From the NCBI GenBank assembly GCA_018401695.1, contig JAGYKD010000001.1, positions 1,116,016 through 1,180,015 of the forward strand: 64,000 nucleotides of DNA, written 5' to 3'. The stretch is from Flavobacteriales bacterium. GTDB taxonomy: Bacteria > Bacteroidota > Bacteroidia > CAIKAF01. Made by a program: the position numbers and the translations under genes. Under the pieces are notes generated by a model, which saw only the letters and a list, made by a program, of their open reading frames with translations, did not search any database and was not told the origin of the DNA. Every line of letters begins with the position of its first letter. Position 1 is the first letter of the stretch. Shown here in pieces: positions 43,177-53,284 of the stretch.

Positions 43177-44469
43177 ATGCGTTATCGTCCCATCGACTCC
43201 CAACTTTTTGTAGAAAACCGAAAAAGGCTGGCCGGGCAATTGGCGCCGGGAGGCATGGCCGTGGTCTGTTCCAACGATATTATGCCCACGAATGCCGATG
43301 GTACGATGGGTTTTCGGCAGAATTCGGATTTGCTGTATTTGACCGGAGTAGATCAGGAGGAAAGTACTTTGGTGTTGTTTCCCGGAGCGTCGAATCCTGC
43401 GCATCGGGAAATGTTGTTTTTGCGCGAAACCAACGCGCATATTGCGGTTTGGGAGGGCGACAAGCTCAGCAAAGAACAGGCGTTTGCTCAATCGGGAATA
43501 CAAACGGTGTATTGGAACCAAGATTTTCCTGCCGTTTTTAGGGCTTTGATGGCCGAAGCAGAGACCGTGTATTTGAACCGGAACGAGCACATTCGGGCGA
43601 ATGTGGAGGTGCAACGCAGGGAAGACCGGTTTACTTTATGGTGCAAGGAGCATTATCCATTGCATCAATATGCGCGTTTGGCGCCTTTGCTCATGCGTCA
43701 GCGTGCCCTAAAACACCCTATAGAGGTTGCATTGATGCGCGAGGCTTGCAGGATTACCGAGCTTGGATTTCGTCGCCTCCTATCCTTTGTAAAACCCGGT
43801 GTTTGGGAGCACGAAATTGAAGCCGAGTTGTGGCATGAGTTTATACGGAACCGAGCGGGAGGGTTTGCTTATACGCCCATTATTGCCTCGGGAGAGCGTG
43901 CCTGTGTGCTGCACTATATCGAGAATAATCAGCAATGCCAGGACGGCGATGTATTGCTTTTGGATATCGGTTGCCATTATGCTAATTATGCTTCGGATTT
44001 GTCGCGCAGCATACCGGTGAATGGGCGCTTTTCGCCGCGTCAAAAGGCGGTGTACGAGGCGGTGTTGCGGGTGCAAAAGCAGGCCACGGCTTTGTTGAAG
44101 CCGGGCACCTTGTTTGGCGACTACAATAAGGCAGTGGGAGAATTCATGGAAAAAGAGTTGGTCGACTTAGGCTTGCTGAGCATGGAGGAGATAAAGCAGC
44201 AAGATCCGGCAAAACCCGCCTACAAAAAATACTTTATGCATGGCACCTCGCATTTTATAGGCTTGGATGTGCACGATGTGGGGTATTTTCATGAGCCCAT
44301 GCAAGCGGGCATGGCTTTTACGGTGGAACCCGGCATTTACATTCCCGAAGAAGGGCTTGGCGTGCGGATTGAGAACGATGTGGTGATTACCGAAAGTGGC
44401 ATCGACGACTTGATGGCCAATATACCTCGTGAAGTAGAGGAAATTGAAGCGTTGATGAAAGGCCAATAA
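43177..44469 (+). CDS. pepP: Xaa-Pro aminopeptidase
   Basis: FRQNSD..YLTG, LHY..N, YASD.SR..P, HG.SHFIGLDVHD, TVEPGIY, GVRIEND; start MRYRP. Confidence 0.93.
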   Translation: MRYRPIDSQLFVENRKRLAGQLAPGGMAVVCSNDIMPTNADGTMGFRQNSDLLYLTGVDQEESTLVLFPGASNPAHREMLFLRETNAHIAVWEGDKLSKEQAFAQSGIQTVYWNQDFPAVFRALMAEAETVYLNRNEHIRANVEVQRREDRFTLWCKEHYPLHQYARLAPLLMRQRALKHPIEVALMREACRITELGFRRLLSFVKPGVWEHEIEAELWHEFIRNRAGGFAYTPIIASGERACVLHYIENNQQCQDGDVLLLDIGCHYANYASDLSRSIPVNGRFSPRQKAVYEAVLRVQKQATALLKPGTLFGDYNKAVGEFMEKELVDLGLLSMEEIKQQDPAKPAYKKYFMHGTSHFIGLDVHDVGYFHEPMQAGMAFTVEPGIYIPEEGLGVRIENDVVITESGIDDLMANIPREVEEIEALMKGQ

Positions 44470-44513
44470 CCTTAGCTTAACTTTAAGGCTGCAATTTGGT
44501 AACTTTGCGGCCT

Positions 44514-45704
44514 ATGTGGAAAAAAGCAGGGTTAGTTGCCTTTTTCTTTTTCTTGGTTTTTGGCTTAGATATTCGGGCACAACAAGAAAACGAGACCGAT
44601 GAACGGCCATTGATAAATGTAAAAAAGGGGCTAAGTTTTTCAAAGGATAGCTTGTTTCAACTGAATTTAAGGTTTCGGATGCAAAATCGGGCCAGTGCGT
44701 TTAGCCGGGCGGGCAATGATTTGGGCGTGGATCGCTTCGATTTTCGGGTGCGCCGTTTGCGTTTGCGTTTTGACGGGTATTTACTCAATCCCAAAATTGC
44801 CTATTACATTCAACTTAGTTTTAGCAAGAATGATTTGGATTTGGAAAACGGGGGCTTGATTCCGCAGCCCATTCGTGATGCCATGGTCTACTACTTTTTT
44901 CACGACAATTTTTACCTAGGCTTTGGTCAAAGCAAACTGCCCGGCAACCGCCAGCGGGTGAATTCTTCCGGGAACATGCAACTGCCGGATCGTTCCATTG
45001 CCAACAATCGCTTGACTTTGGATAGGGACTTTGGTTTTTTTGGGTATTGGAAAATCCCATTGGGCAAGCCCTATCTTCGTCTTAAGGGCGCGGTTTCTAC
45101 GGGCGATGGACGGAATGCTTCGGATATTGACGAAGGATTGGCCTACACCCTTCGGGCAGAATACTTTCCTTTGGGCTCATTTGCCAACAACGGTGCCTAT
45201 TCCGAAGGCGATTTGGAGTTTGAGCCTAAGCCGAAATTGGCGGTTGCCCTTGGCGGTCATTTTAACCATAGGGCGAATCGGGCCGGAGGCACTTTCGGGC
45301 AAGAGTTGACCCATCCCAACGATGTTCGGGCGCTGATGGCCGACATGAGTTTCAAATGGCAAGGATGGAGCTTAAATGCTGAATACTTGTACAAGCACGC
45401 ACGTGTCAGCGGTCAGCCGGGAGTACCCCCTCTGATTGGGCAGGCATGGCTTTTTCAAGCCGGTCGTATGTTGGGAAAAAAATCGGAACTGGTTCTCCGT
45501 TATGCAGGCTGGCGTCCCGACGCTCAGGTGCAATGGCGGTATATAGCAGAAGACGAATACGGCTTAAGCTATACTTATTACATCAATGGCCACCGCATTA
45601 AATGTCAAGGCTTTTTGGGTTATCGAAGCTTTGACCAACGGCCGGCGCTTGATGCACCACGTAATTTTTGGCAGTTAACCTTTCAGGTAGAGTTTGGGAT
45701 TTAA
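44514..45704 (+). CDS. OprO/OprP-like porin
   Basis: Signal peptide; RRLRLRFDG, GQ.KLPGNRQR, LDRDFG; beta-barrel-type C-terminus. Confidence 0.85.
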   Translation: MWKKAGLVAFFFFLVFGLDIRAQQENETDERPLINVKKGLSFSKDSLFQLNLRFRMQNRASAFSRAGNDLGVDRFDFRVRRLRLRFDGYLLNPKIAYYIQLSFSKNDLDLENGGLIPQPIRDAMVYYFFHDNFYLGFGQSKLPGNRQRVNSSGNMQLPDRSIANNRLTLDRDFGFFGYWKIPLGKPYLRLKGAVSTGDGRNASDIDEGLAYTLRAEYFPLGSFANNGAYSEGDLEFEPKPKLAVALGGHFNHRANRAGGTFGQELTHPNDVRALMADMSFKWQGWSLNAEYLYKHARVSGQPGVPPLIGQAWLFQAGRMLGKKSELVLRYAGWRPDAQVQWRYIAEDEYGLSYTYYINGHRIKCQGFLGYRSFDQRPALDAPRNFWQLTFQVEFGI

Positions 45705-45742
45705 GCTCTTGGAGGGCTTTTCCGCTCATCATTTAGCATTAA

Positions 45743-46110
45743 GCGACGGGAGGCATCTAGTCATGGGAGACGTGAGGCATCTAGTCATGGGGGACGTGAG
45801 GCATCTAGTCATGGGAGACGGGAGGCATCCCGTCTTTACTTAGGCCTGGGAGACGGGAGGCATCTAGTCATGGGAGACGGGAGGCATCCCGTCTTTACTT
45901 AGCCATGAGCGACGGGAGGCATCTAGTCATGGGAGACGGGAGGCATCCCGTCTTTACTTAGCCCTGGGAGACGGGAGGCATCTAGTCATGGGAGACGGGA
46001 GGCATCCCGTCTTTACTTAGCCATGAGCGACGGGAGGCATCTAGTCAAGAGAGACGTGAGGCATCCCGTCTTTACATAGCCCTGGGAGACGTGAGGCATC
46101 CCGTCTTTAC
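45743..46110. repeat. REP-type tandem array (24-bp and 35-bp units, 13 units)
   Basis: Long unit has AGACGGGA-GGCA-TCCCGTCT hairpin plus TTAC; short unit lacks 11 bp; order SSSLSLSLSLSLL (last unit partial). Confidence 0.92.
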
Positions 46111-46213
46111 CTTATTATTCCTCATCCCAACCGCTTATTCTTTTATCTTTGCTGCGATACATATCGGAACACAGAGTTCCGTTGCGTTCGTATAACTTAA
46201 ATAAAGCTTTGGA

Positions 46214-47294
46214 ATGGCCATCACGCAAGACCATATCAAAGGACTTTTGAAGCGCCTGGAAGCGCTGAGGGGGTCACTTTGACATACCCGGCAAACAAGT
46301 AGCGCTGGAAGAAGAGAACCTTAAAAGGCAAGATCCGGATTTTTGGAACGACCCCAAAGCGGCAGAACTGGTCGAAAAGTCCATTCGAACCAAAGAGAAA
46401 TTGGTAAAAGAGTTTGAGCATGCGCAGCAAAGCTTAGAAGACTTGCAGGTGTTGTTCGACTTTTACAAGGAGGGGGAAGCCGAAGAAACCGATGTAGAAT
46501 CGGCTACCAAAACCTGCCAGGATGGCCTTGATGCCCTGGAATTCAAGAAAATGCTTTCGGGCAAAGAAGATGCCATGGGTGCAGTGGTGCAAATCACCGC
46601 AGGAGCCGGAGGTACCGAGAGCTGCGATTGGGCCTCCATACTTATGCGGATGTACCTTATGTGGGGCGAGAAACATGGGTATTCCATAAAAGAAACGGAT
46701 TTTGTGGAAGGCGATGTGGCCGGGATTAAATCTGTAACCTTGCAATTTGACGGAGAATATGCCTATGGCTACCTAAAGGGCGAAAATGGGGTACATCGCT
46801 TGGTACGGATTTCACCTTTTGATGCCAATGCCAAACGCCATACCAGTTTTGCTTCGGTTTACGTATATCCTGTAGTAGACGACACCATCGAAATCGAAGT
46901 CAAAGATGCCGATATCGAATGGGAAACCTTCCGGTCCGGCGGTGCAGGCGGTCAAAACGTAAACAAGGTAGAAACCGCAGTGCGTCTTTACCACAAACCC
47001 TCGGGAATAATAATAAAGAATCAGGAGAGCCGAAGCCAACTTCAAAACAAAGAAAATGCCCTGCGCCTGCTTAAGTCGCAACTGTACGAAGTAGAAATGC
47101 GCAAACGCAACGAGGCCCGTGCCGAGGTCGAGGGCAATAAAAAGAAAATTGAGTGGGGAAGTCAAATTCGCAGCTACGTGCTGCACCCGTACAAAATGAT
47201 CAAGGATTTGCGCACCGACCACGAAACTTCTAACGCCCAAGCGGTATTGGATGGAGGCTTAGACGGCTTTTTAAAAGCATACCTTTTGAGCTGA
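46214..47294 (+). CDS. prfB: Peptide chain release factor 2 (programmed +1 frameshift)
   Basis: ATG 46214; AGGGGG-TCA-CTT-TGA-C at 46268-46283; +1 frame continues to SPF and GGQ motifs. Confidence 0.97.
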
Positions 47295-47650
47295 TGGCTA
47301 AAAATAGATACACTATTTTTCATAATCCCCGCTGCGGTAAAAGCCGGGAGGCACTGGGGCTTCTGTTGAAAAAGGGCGGGGACATTAAGGTCATTGAGTA
47401 CCTTAAAAACCCGCCAAGTTTAGAAGAACTCGAAGAGCTTAGTCATTTGTTGGATTTGGAGGCAATGGAGATGCTGCGGCTCAAAGATCCCAAATACAAA
47501 GCCTTGTTTGGTGCGGATGTACCCGACCATTATACCGCTTTAGAGCGTTTGGCAGCGCATCCGGAGCTTTTGCAGAGGCCTATTGTAATTAAGGGCAGTG
47601 CCGCTGTAATTGCCCGGCCTGCGGAACGGATAGAGCGGCTGGAGGATTAA
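47294..47650 (+). CDS. ArsC/Spx family protein
   Basis: HNPRCGKSR, YLKNPP, LLQRPI, IARP. Confidence 0.9.
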   Translation: MAKNRYTIFHNPRCGKSREALGLLLKKGGDIKVIEYLKNPPSLEELEELSHLLDLEAMEMLRLKDPKYKALFGADVPDHYTALERLAAHPELLQRPIVIKGSAAVIARPAERIERLED

Positions 47651-47801
47651 GTGTTGTTATCCTTTATGTGACTGGTGACGCGTTGTGTTTTCAAGACGGA
47701 GTGTCTGACCGAAGCGTCAAGGGTCTCTTTTTGCATATTATGACAGCGAATGTTATACGGGAAAAATTGCTTTATTGCAGTCTGATTGCGGTGTAGCAAA
47801 C

Positions 47802-49028
47802 TTATTTGAGGACCTGGATGGCGTCTTCTTTTTTGAATTTTACCAGCTGCATGCGCCACCAAGAAATGAGGAGTCCTACGGAGAAAACGGTGGCAAAAAC
47901 GAGGGCTAAGTCGCTGAAATAGACCACGACGGGGTAGGGTTCTCCGGCGGCGTTGAGGGGGTACCAGCCGGTGAGGGCTTGGAGGCCGACAACGGCCAAG
48001 CCCAGCAACATTCCGGCGATGCAGCCTAAGAAGGAAACCAAACTGCCGAGCAGGGTAAAAATGCTGCGGAGCATGCCGGCGTGGGCGCCGAGGGACCACA
48101 AAACCATCAGGTCTTTGCGTTTTTCAACCACCAAAAGGGTTTGTACGCTCATAAGGTTAAAGCTGGCAATGAGCATGATGAAGGCCACGATTAAAAAAAC
48201 GGCCAGCTTTTCGGTGCGGAGGATTTTGTAAATAAGGGCATGTTGTTCCAGTCGGTTTTTTACGGTCCAGGCTTCGCCCAGCAATTCCTTGAGTTGTTCT
48301 TGTAGCGCGTCGAGATGGGCACTGCTTTTTGGGTAGATGTATAGGGCGCTGATTTTTTTTCCGGAACCGGTGAGTTTTTGTGCCTCTTCTAAGCCAATCA
48401 GGGCGAGGGTTTCGTTGCTTTCCTGGGGGACAAAAAAGATACCCGAAGGATTGAGGCTTAGGTCGCGAAAAGGTTGAAACAGATTGATTCCTCCACTTTT
48501 TGGACAATAGGCCACTAGCTGTTTAAAAGGTTCGCCAATGCGAATGCCTAGAGAGGAGGCGAGACCTTGGCCAAGCAAGGTTTGTGCAGGGCCTTGGCTT
48601 TGTGGTTTGGGGAGGCTTCCGGAAATAAGTAGCGTATCTAAGGCCACTTGTTCCAAAAAAATGGGTTCAATGCCCTTGATTTGTCCTACCTTTTGTTGGG
48701 TTCCATAAGTAAAAAGCACGCTTTCTTCGAGAATTCGGCTAAAACCGGCCAAATCCGGGTGTTGGTTTAAGGCGGCTTCTTGGTTGGCGCTTAGTTCTTG
48801 GCGTTTGCCTTGTGCCGGTTGCACCAGAAGGGGAGGGTCGAGCATGTCGAACATGCCAATGACCTTCCATTCAAGGCCGTTAAAAGCTGAGAGCAGAATA
48901 ACCAGGGCTGCGGAAACCACTCCAATGGCCAGCATAGACAAGCCGGTGATTAAATGAATGGCGTTTCTGCTTTTCTTGGAGAAAAGGTACCGCCAGGCCA
49001 TACGTAGGGCAAAACGCCGGGTTCGCAT
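47802..49028 (-). CDS. LolC/E-like ABC transporter permease (FtsX-like)
   Basis: AWRYLFSKKS, S.FNG, EK.....L..LGA, YPV. Confidence 0.88.
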   Translation of the reverse strand: MRTRRFALRMAWRYLFSKKSRNAIHLITGLSMLAIGVVSAALVILLSAFNGLEWKVIGMFDMLDPPLLVQPAQGKRQELSANQEAALNQHPDLAGFSRILEESVLFTYGTQQKVGQIKGIEPIFLEQVALDTLLISGSLPKPQSQGPAQTLLGQGLASSLGIRIGEPFKQLVAYCPKSGGINLFQPFRDLSLNPSGIFFVPQESNETLALIGLEEAQKLTGSGKKISALYIYPKSSAHLDALQEQLKELLGEAWTVKNRLEQHALIYKILRTEKLAVFLIVAFIMLIASFNLMSVQTLLVVEKRKDLMVLWSLGAHAGMLRSIFTLLGSLVSFLGCIAGMLLGLAVVGLQALTGWYPLNAAGEPYPVVVYFSDLALVFATVFSVGLLISWWRMQLVKFKKEDAIQVLK

Positions 49029-49127
49029 GATGCAAATATGAGATATTTTGGCGGTAGGGCTTGGGGAATGGTTGGTATATTTTGCCTAATTGCCCGTTGT
49101 ATGTACCTTCGTTGCCACTCAAAAACG

Positions 49128-51449
49128 ATGTGGGCATCCTTAGCATCTTTTATTATTCGGCAGCGTATATGGCTGTTTCTTTCGGTAGTGCTCAGTACCG
49201 GGCTTATGGCTTTTTTTGCCAAAGACACCCGCATGAGCTATGCTCCTGGGCAGGTATTGCCCTCTAACGACAGCACTTGGATTGAATATCAAAACTTCCG
49301 TTCCACCTTTGGTGAAGAGGCCAATGCGGTGGTTATGGCGGTGGATCACCCCGATTTTTTTGATGCCGAACATTTGGCCCATTGGCAAGGCTTAGAACAG
49401 GGTATGCGTGAGGTGCAAAAGGTAGATTGGACCTTAAGTTTGCTTTCAGCCATGGAGCTGAAGCGCAACGACAGCCTCAAAAACTTTGAAAGCCTTGGCT
49501 TGCATGGGCGAAGGTTGAGTAGGGCTATACTGGACAGTTTGCCCTTTTATGAGTCGGTTTTGTGGGACAGTTCGGGGCAGGTGTTTATGTTGTTTGCCGG
49601 TTTAGATGAGCAAGTAATTCATACCGAAGAGCGTGAAAGGGTGGTTACGGATATGCTGCATGTGATTGAGACTTACGAGGAGAAGACCGGTAAGAATCTG
49701 CGGATTTCGGGCTTGCCTTTTATCCGAACGGAGACCATTCGTCAATCAAGCCGCGAAATAGTGTTGTTTATTTTGTTAGCGGCCTTGGTAACTTCTCTAG
49801 TGCTTTGGTTCTTTTTTCGTTCTCTTACCTCCATTTTGGTTCCTTTGGTGGTGGTGGCCATGGGTGTGGTTTGGAGTTCGGCCATTATGGGCCTGCTGGG
49901 CTATAATATTACTTCTTTAACGGGCTTGATTCCTCCTTTGCTGATTGTTATTGGCATTCCCAATGCGGTGTATTTAATCAACAAATACCATCAGGAATAT
50001 CAAATGCACCAGAACAAAATGAAGGCATTGAGCCGGATGGTGTATAAATCGGGCAAGGCTATATTTCTAACCAATTTAACTACGGCCACCGGATTTGGGA
50101 CTTTGGTAATAACCAATGCCAAGGTCTTGGTAGAATTTGGAGTTGTGGCTTTTTTAAGTATTCTGGTACTCTTTGTGCTCTCTTTGGTTATGATACCGGT
50201 GTGTTTTAGCTTTTTGCCTCCTCCGGGCGGTGTTCAGTTGAAGCACTTAAAGCGTAAGGGGGCCGGCTTTTTAAACAAATGGTTGGTGGTAACGGCTGCT
50301 CGTCAGCGCAAGTGGGTGTTTGGACTGAGTATATTGGTGGCGGGGTTTGCTTTGGCAGGAGCAGTGCAGGTTGAGCCTAGTGGCAAGATTTCGGACGACA
50401 TTCCCAAAAATAGCCCTGTATTTGAGGATTTGACCTTTTTTGAGCAGCATTTTGAAGGGGTTATGCCCTTTGAAGTGATGATAAACACCGGAAAGCCAAG
50501 ACGGATTGAGCGGGACAAAGATTTGTGGGGGCGCATTTCGGATTTGCAAGACAGTATGTGGGTCCGTCCCGGCATTTCGCGTCCTGTAAGTATGGTGGAG
50601 CTTATCAAATTCTCCAATCAGGCCCTTTATAAAGGAAGTCCAGAGTTTTATGCCTTACCCAGCCATCTAGATATGGGTTTGTTGCGGTCTTATCTGGGAC
50701 GCAGCTCAACCGATCAAGATTCTTTGCTGAATATGTATGTAGACAGCACGCGGCAGTTTGTGCGAATTCGTGCACGCTTGGCCGATGTTGGAACCTACGA
50801 ATTGAGCCATTTGTCTTCGGATATTGGGCAAGTAGCGGACGAGCTTTTTGAGGGCACCGATATGCAAGTGAGCTTTACCGGAGCATCGGTAGTGATGATG
50901 AAAGCCACCGATTATTTGGTTCGTAATTTGTTTATGAGCCTATTGGTGGCCATGACCTTGATAGCCGTATTGATGTCGGTGATGTTTAAGTCACCTAAAA
51001 TGGTGCTTATTTCTTTAATTCCTAATCTTTTGCCGCTTTTGTTTACGGCCGGAGCTATGGGATGGTTGGGCATTCCGCTTAAGGCCTCGACTTCTTTAAT
51101 CTTTAGTGTTGCTTTTGGGATTTCGGTGGACGATACCATTCACTTTTTGTCGAGGTATCGTCAGGAATTGTGGCATACCAAGGGCAATATTCGGGAGTCG
51201 GTCTACAGAGCCCTTGGCGAAACAGGTTTAAGTATGACTTATACCTCTATTATTCTTTTCTTTGGATTCTCCATCTTTATGGCCTCGGAGTTTGGTGCTA
51301 CGGTGGCCCTAGGTATGTTGGTGAGTTTAACCCTTTTGGTGGCTATGTTTACCAACCTTACCTTGTTGCCGGCCATGCTTATTGGATTTCAAAAGAAAGA
51401 AATGGACAAAAATTACGCAAAACATGGATCTTTAGAACCGGAAAAATAA
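49128..51449 (+). CDS. MMPL/RND family transporter
   Basis: Two repeats of TM plus periplasmic loop; TN.TTA.GF, GISVDDTIH; start MWASL. Confidence 0.9.
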   Translation: MWASLASFIIRQRIWLFLSVVLSTGLMAFFAKDTRMSYAPGQVLPSNDSTWIEYQNFRSTFGEEANAVVMAVDHPDFFDAEHLAHWQGLEQGMREVQKVDWTLSLLSAMELKRNDSLKNFESLGLHGRRLSRAILDSLPFYESVLWDSSGQVFMLFAGLDEQVIHTEERERVVTDMLHVIETYEEKTGKNLRISGLPFIRTETIRQSSREIVLFILLAALVTSLVLWFFFRSLTSILVPLVVVAMGVVWSSAIMGLLGYNITSLTGLIPPLLIVIGIPNAVYLINKYHQEYQMHQNKMKALSRMVYKSGKAIFLTNLTTATGFGTLVITNAKVLVEFGVVAFLSILVLFVLSLVMIPVCFSFLPPPGGVQLKHLKRKGAGFLNKWLVVTAARQRKWVFGLSILVAGFALAGAVQVEPSGKISDDIPKNSPVFEDLTFFEQHFEGVMPFEVMINTGKPRRIERDKDLWGRISDLQDSMWVRPGISRPVSMVELIKFSNQALYKGSPEFYALPSHLDMGLLRSYLGRSSTDQDSLLNMYVDSTRQFVRIRARLADVGTYELSHLSSDIGQVADELFEGTDMQVSFTGASVVMMKATDYLVRNLFMSLLVAMTLIAVLMSVMFKSPKMVLISLIPNLLPLLFTAGAMGWLGIPLKASTSLIFSVAFGISVDDTIHFLSRYRQELWHTKGNIRESVYRALGETGLSMTYTSIILFFGFSIFMASEFGATVALGMLVSLTLLVAMFTNLTLLPAMLIGFQKKEMDKNYAKHGSLEPEK

Positions 51450-51469
51450 AACCAAAACCCAATTAAGAA

Positions 51470-52339
51470 ATGAAAGGCATTATTTTGGCAGGCGGCTCCG
51501 GCAGCCGGCTTTACCCCATTACCCTAGGCATTTCCAAGCAATTGATGCCGGTGTACGACAAGCCCATGATTTATTATCCCTTGTCTGTGCTCATGATGGC
51601 AGGAATTCGGGATATTCTAATCATTTCAACTCCGGAAGACCAAGCCGGCTTTAAACGTTTGCTGGGCGATGGTTCCCGTTTGGGTTGTAATTTTGAGTTT
51701 GCCATACAAGAGGTTCCCAACGGCTTGGCCCAAGCCTTTGTCATTGGCAAATCCTTTATCGGAAATGAACCGGTGGCCTTGGTGCTGGGCGACAATATTT
51801 TTTATGGCAGCGGTTTAGGCCGACAACTGGCCAATTTAGAAAACCCGCTCGGGGGCATTGTTTTTGCCTATCATGTAACCGACCCCCACCGCTATGGCGT
51901 GGTAGATTTCGACGAAAATGGGAAGGTACTTTCTTTGGAAGAAAAACCCGAAAATCCCAAAAGTAATTTTGCTGTTCCCGGTCTTTACTTTTACAGCAAT
52001 GATGTAATTGCAATTGCCGAGCATTTAGAGCCAAGTGCCCGAGGCGAATACGAGATTACCGATGTAAACAAGGAGTATTTGAAGCAAGGACGTCTCAAGG
52101 TGCAGATTTTGGAGCGAGGAACCGCTTGGCTGGACACAGGTACTTTCCCTTCCTTAATGCAGGCTTCGCAGTTTGTGCAGGTTATTGAAGAACGCCAAGG
52201 CCTTAAAGTGGGATGCATCGAAGAAATTGCCTGGAGAAAAGGCTTTATAAACAATAAACAATTGATGGAAATAGCCAGACCTTTGGAAAAGTCCGGTTAC
52301 GGAACCTATTTAATGAACTTACGTAAGCACAACTTTTGA
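51470..52339 (+). CDS. rmlA: Glucose-1-phosphate thymidylyltransferase
   Basis: [44 protein letters not shown]. Confidence 0.98.
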   Translation: MKGIILAGGSGSRLYPITLGISKQLMPVYDKPMIYYPLSVLMMAGIRDILIISTPEDQAGFKRLLGDGSRLGCNFEFAIQEVPNGLAQAFVIGKSFIGNEPVALVLGDNIFYGSGLGRQLANLENPLGGIVFAYHVTDPHRYGVVDFDENGKVLSLEEKPENPKSNFAVPGLYFYSNDVIAIAEHLEPSARGEYEITDVNKEYLKQGRLKVQILERGTAWLDTGTFPSLMQASQFVQVIEERQGLKVGCIEEIAWRKGFINNKQLMEIARPLEKSGYGTYLMNLRKHNF

Positions 52340-52343
52340 GCGC

Positions 52344-53279
52344 ATGAGCAAACATATTTTACTCACCGGAGGCGCCGGATTCATTGGAGCCAACATGGCC
52401 GAGCGATTGGCCCATAACCCCGAACACCAAGTCGTGGTAGTCGATAACTTCAGAACCGGAGAGCCAACCAAACTTCCTAACCCGGACCAGTACCCCAACG
52501 TTCGGTTTATTAAGTGCGATGTAAATGTTTTTCAAGACATTAGCAGCATTTTCTATGCCTTTAAGTTCGATTATGTGTTCCACTATGCCGCTTTGGTTGG
52601 CGTTAAGCGTACCTTGGCCAATCCGGTCTCGGTTTTGAACGACATCCATGGCATTGAAAACATCCTAAAACTTTCCAAAAACACCGGCGTAAAGCGTGTG
52701 TTTTTCAGCTCTTCTTCCGAAGTGTACGGCGAACCGGTGGAGTTTCCTCAAAATGAACGAACTACCCCTCTTAATTCCCGCCTTCCCTACGCCGTGGTTA
52801 AAAATATCGGCGAATCTTTTCTTCGCAGTTATTACCAAGAGTATGGCCTCGAATACACCATCTTTAGGTTTTTCAATACCTATGGCCCAAAACAAAGCCG
52901 TGATTTTGTCGTTAGCCGTTTTATGCATTTGGCCTTAGAAGGAAAACCCCTCACTATTTACGGCGACGGACAGCAAACCCGAACTTTTTGTTTTATCAAA
53001 GACAATATAGACGCCTGCTATGCCGCCTTCGAAAAAGACATGTTCATCAACGATGTAGTGAATGTAGGCGGAAATATCGAAGTCACTATTAAGGAATTGG
53101 CAGAAGTCATTATTGATGTGACCCAATCCTCTTCTACGCTGAAACATTTGCCCCCATTGCCCGAAGGCGATATGACCCGCCGCCTGCCGGATACCACCAA
53201 AATGGACCAATTGCTGCAAAGACCTCGTATAAAACTTAACGAAGGACTCAAAACGCTGCTGGAAAGCAAGGCCTTTTAA
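52344..53279 (+). CDS. NAD-dependent epimerase/dehydratase
   Basis: TGGAGFIG, SSSEVYG, YAVVK, R.FN.YGP, GDG.QTR.F. Confidence 0.93.
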   Translation: MSKHILLTGGAGFIGANMAERLAHNPEHQVVVVDNFRTGEPTKLPNPDQYPNVRFIKCDVNVFQDISSIFYAFKFDYVFHYAALVGVKRTLANPVSVLNDIHGIENILKLSKNTGVKRVFFSSSSEVYGEPVEFPQNERTTPLNSRLPYAVVKNIGESFLRSYYQEYGLEYTIFRFFNTYGPKQSRDFVVSRFMHLALEGKPLTIYGDGQQTRTFCFIKDNIDACYAAFEKDMFINDVVNVGGNIEVTIKELAEVIIDVTQSSSTLKHLPPLPEGDMTRRLPDTTKMDQLLQRPRIKLNEGLKTLLESKAF

Positions 53280-53284
53280 CGCTT

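Noticed and set aside
45743-46110. CRISPR array
   Set aside because: Sequences between repeats are only about 10 bp and near-identical; no unique spacers and no cas genes
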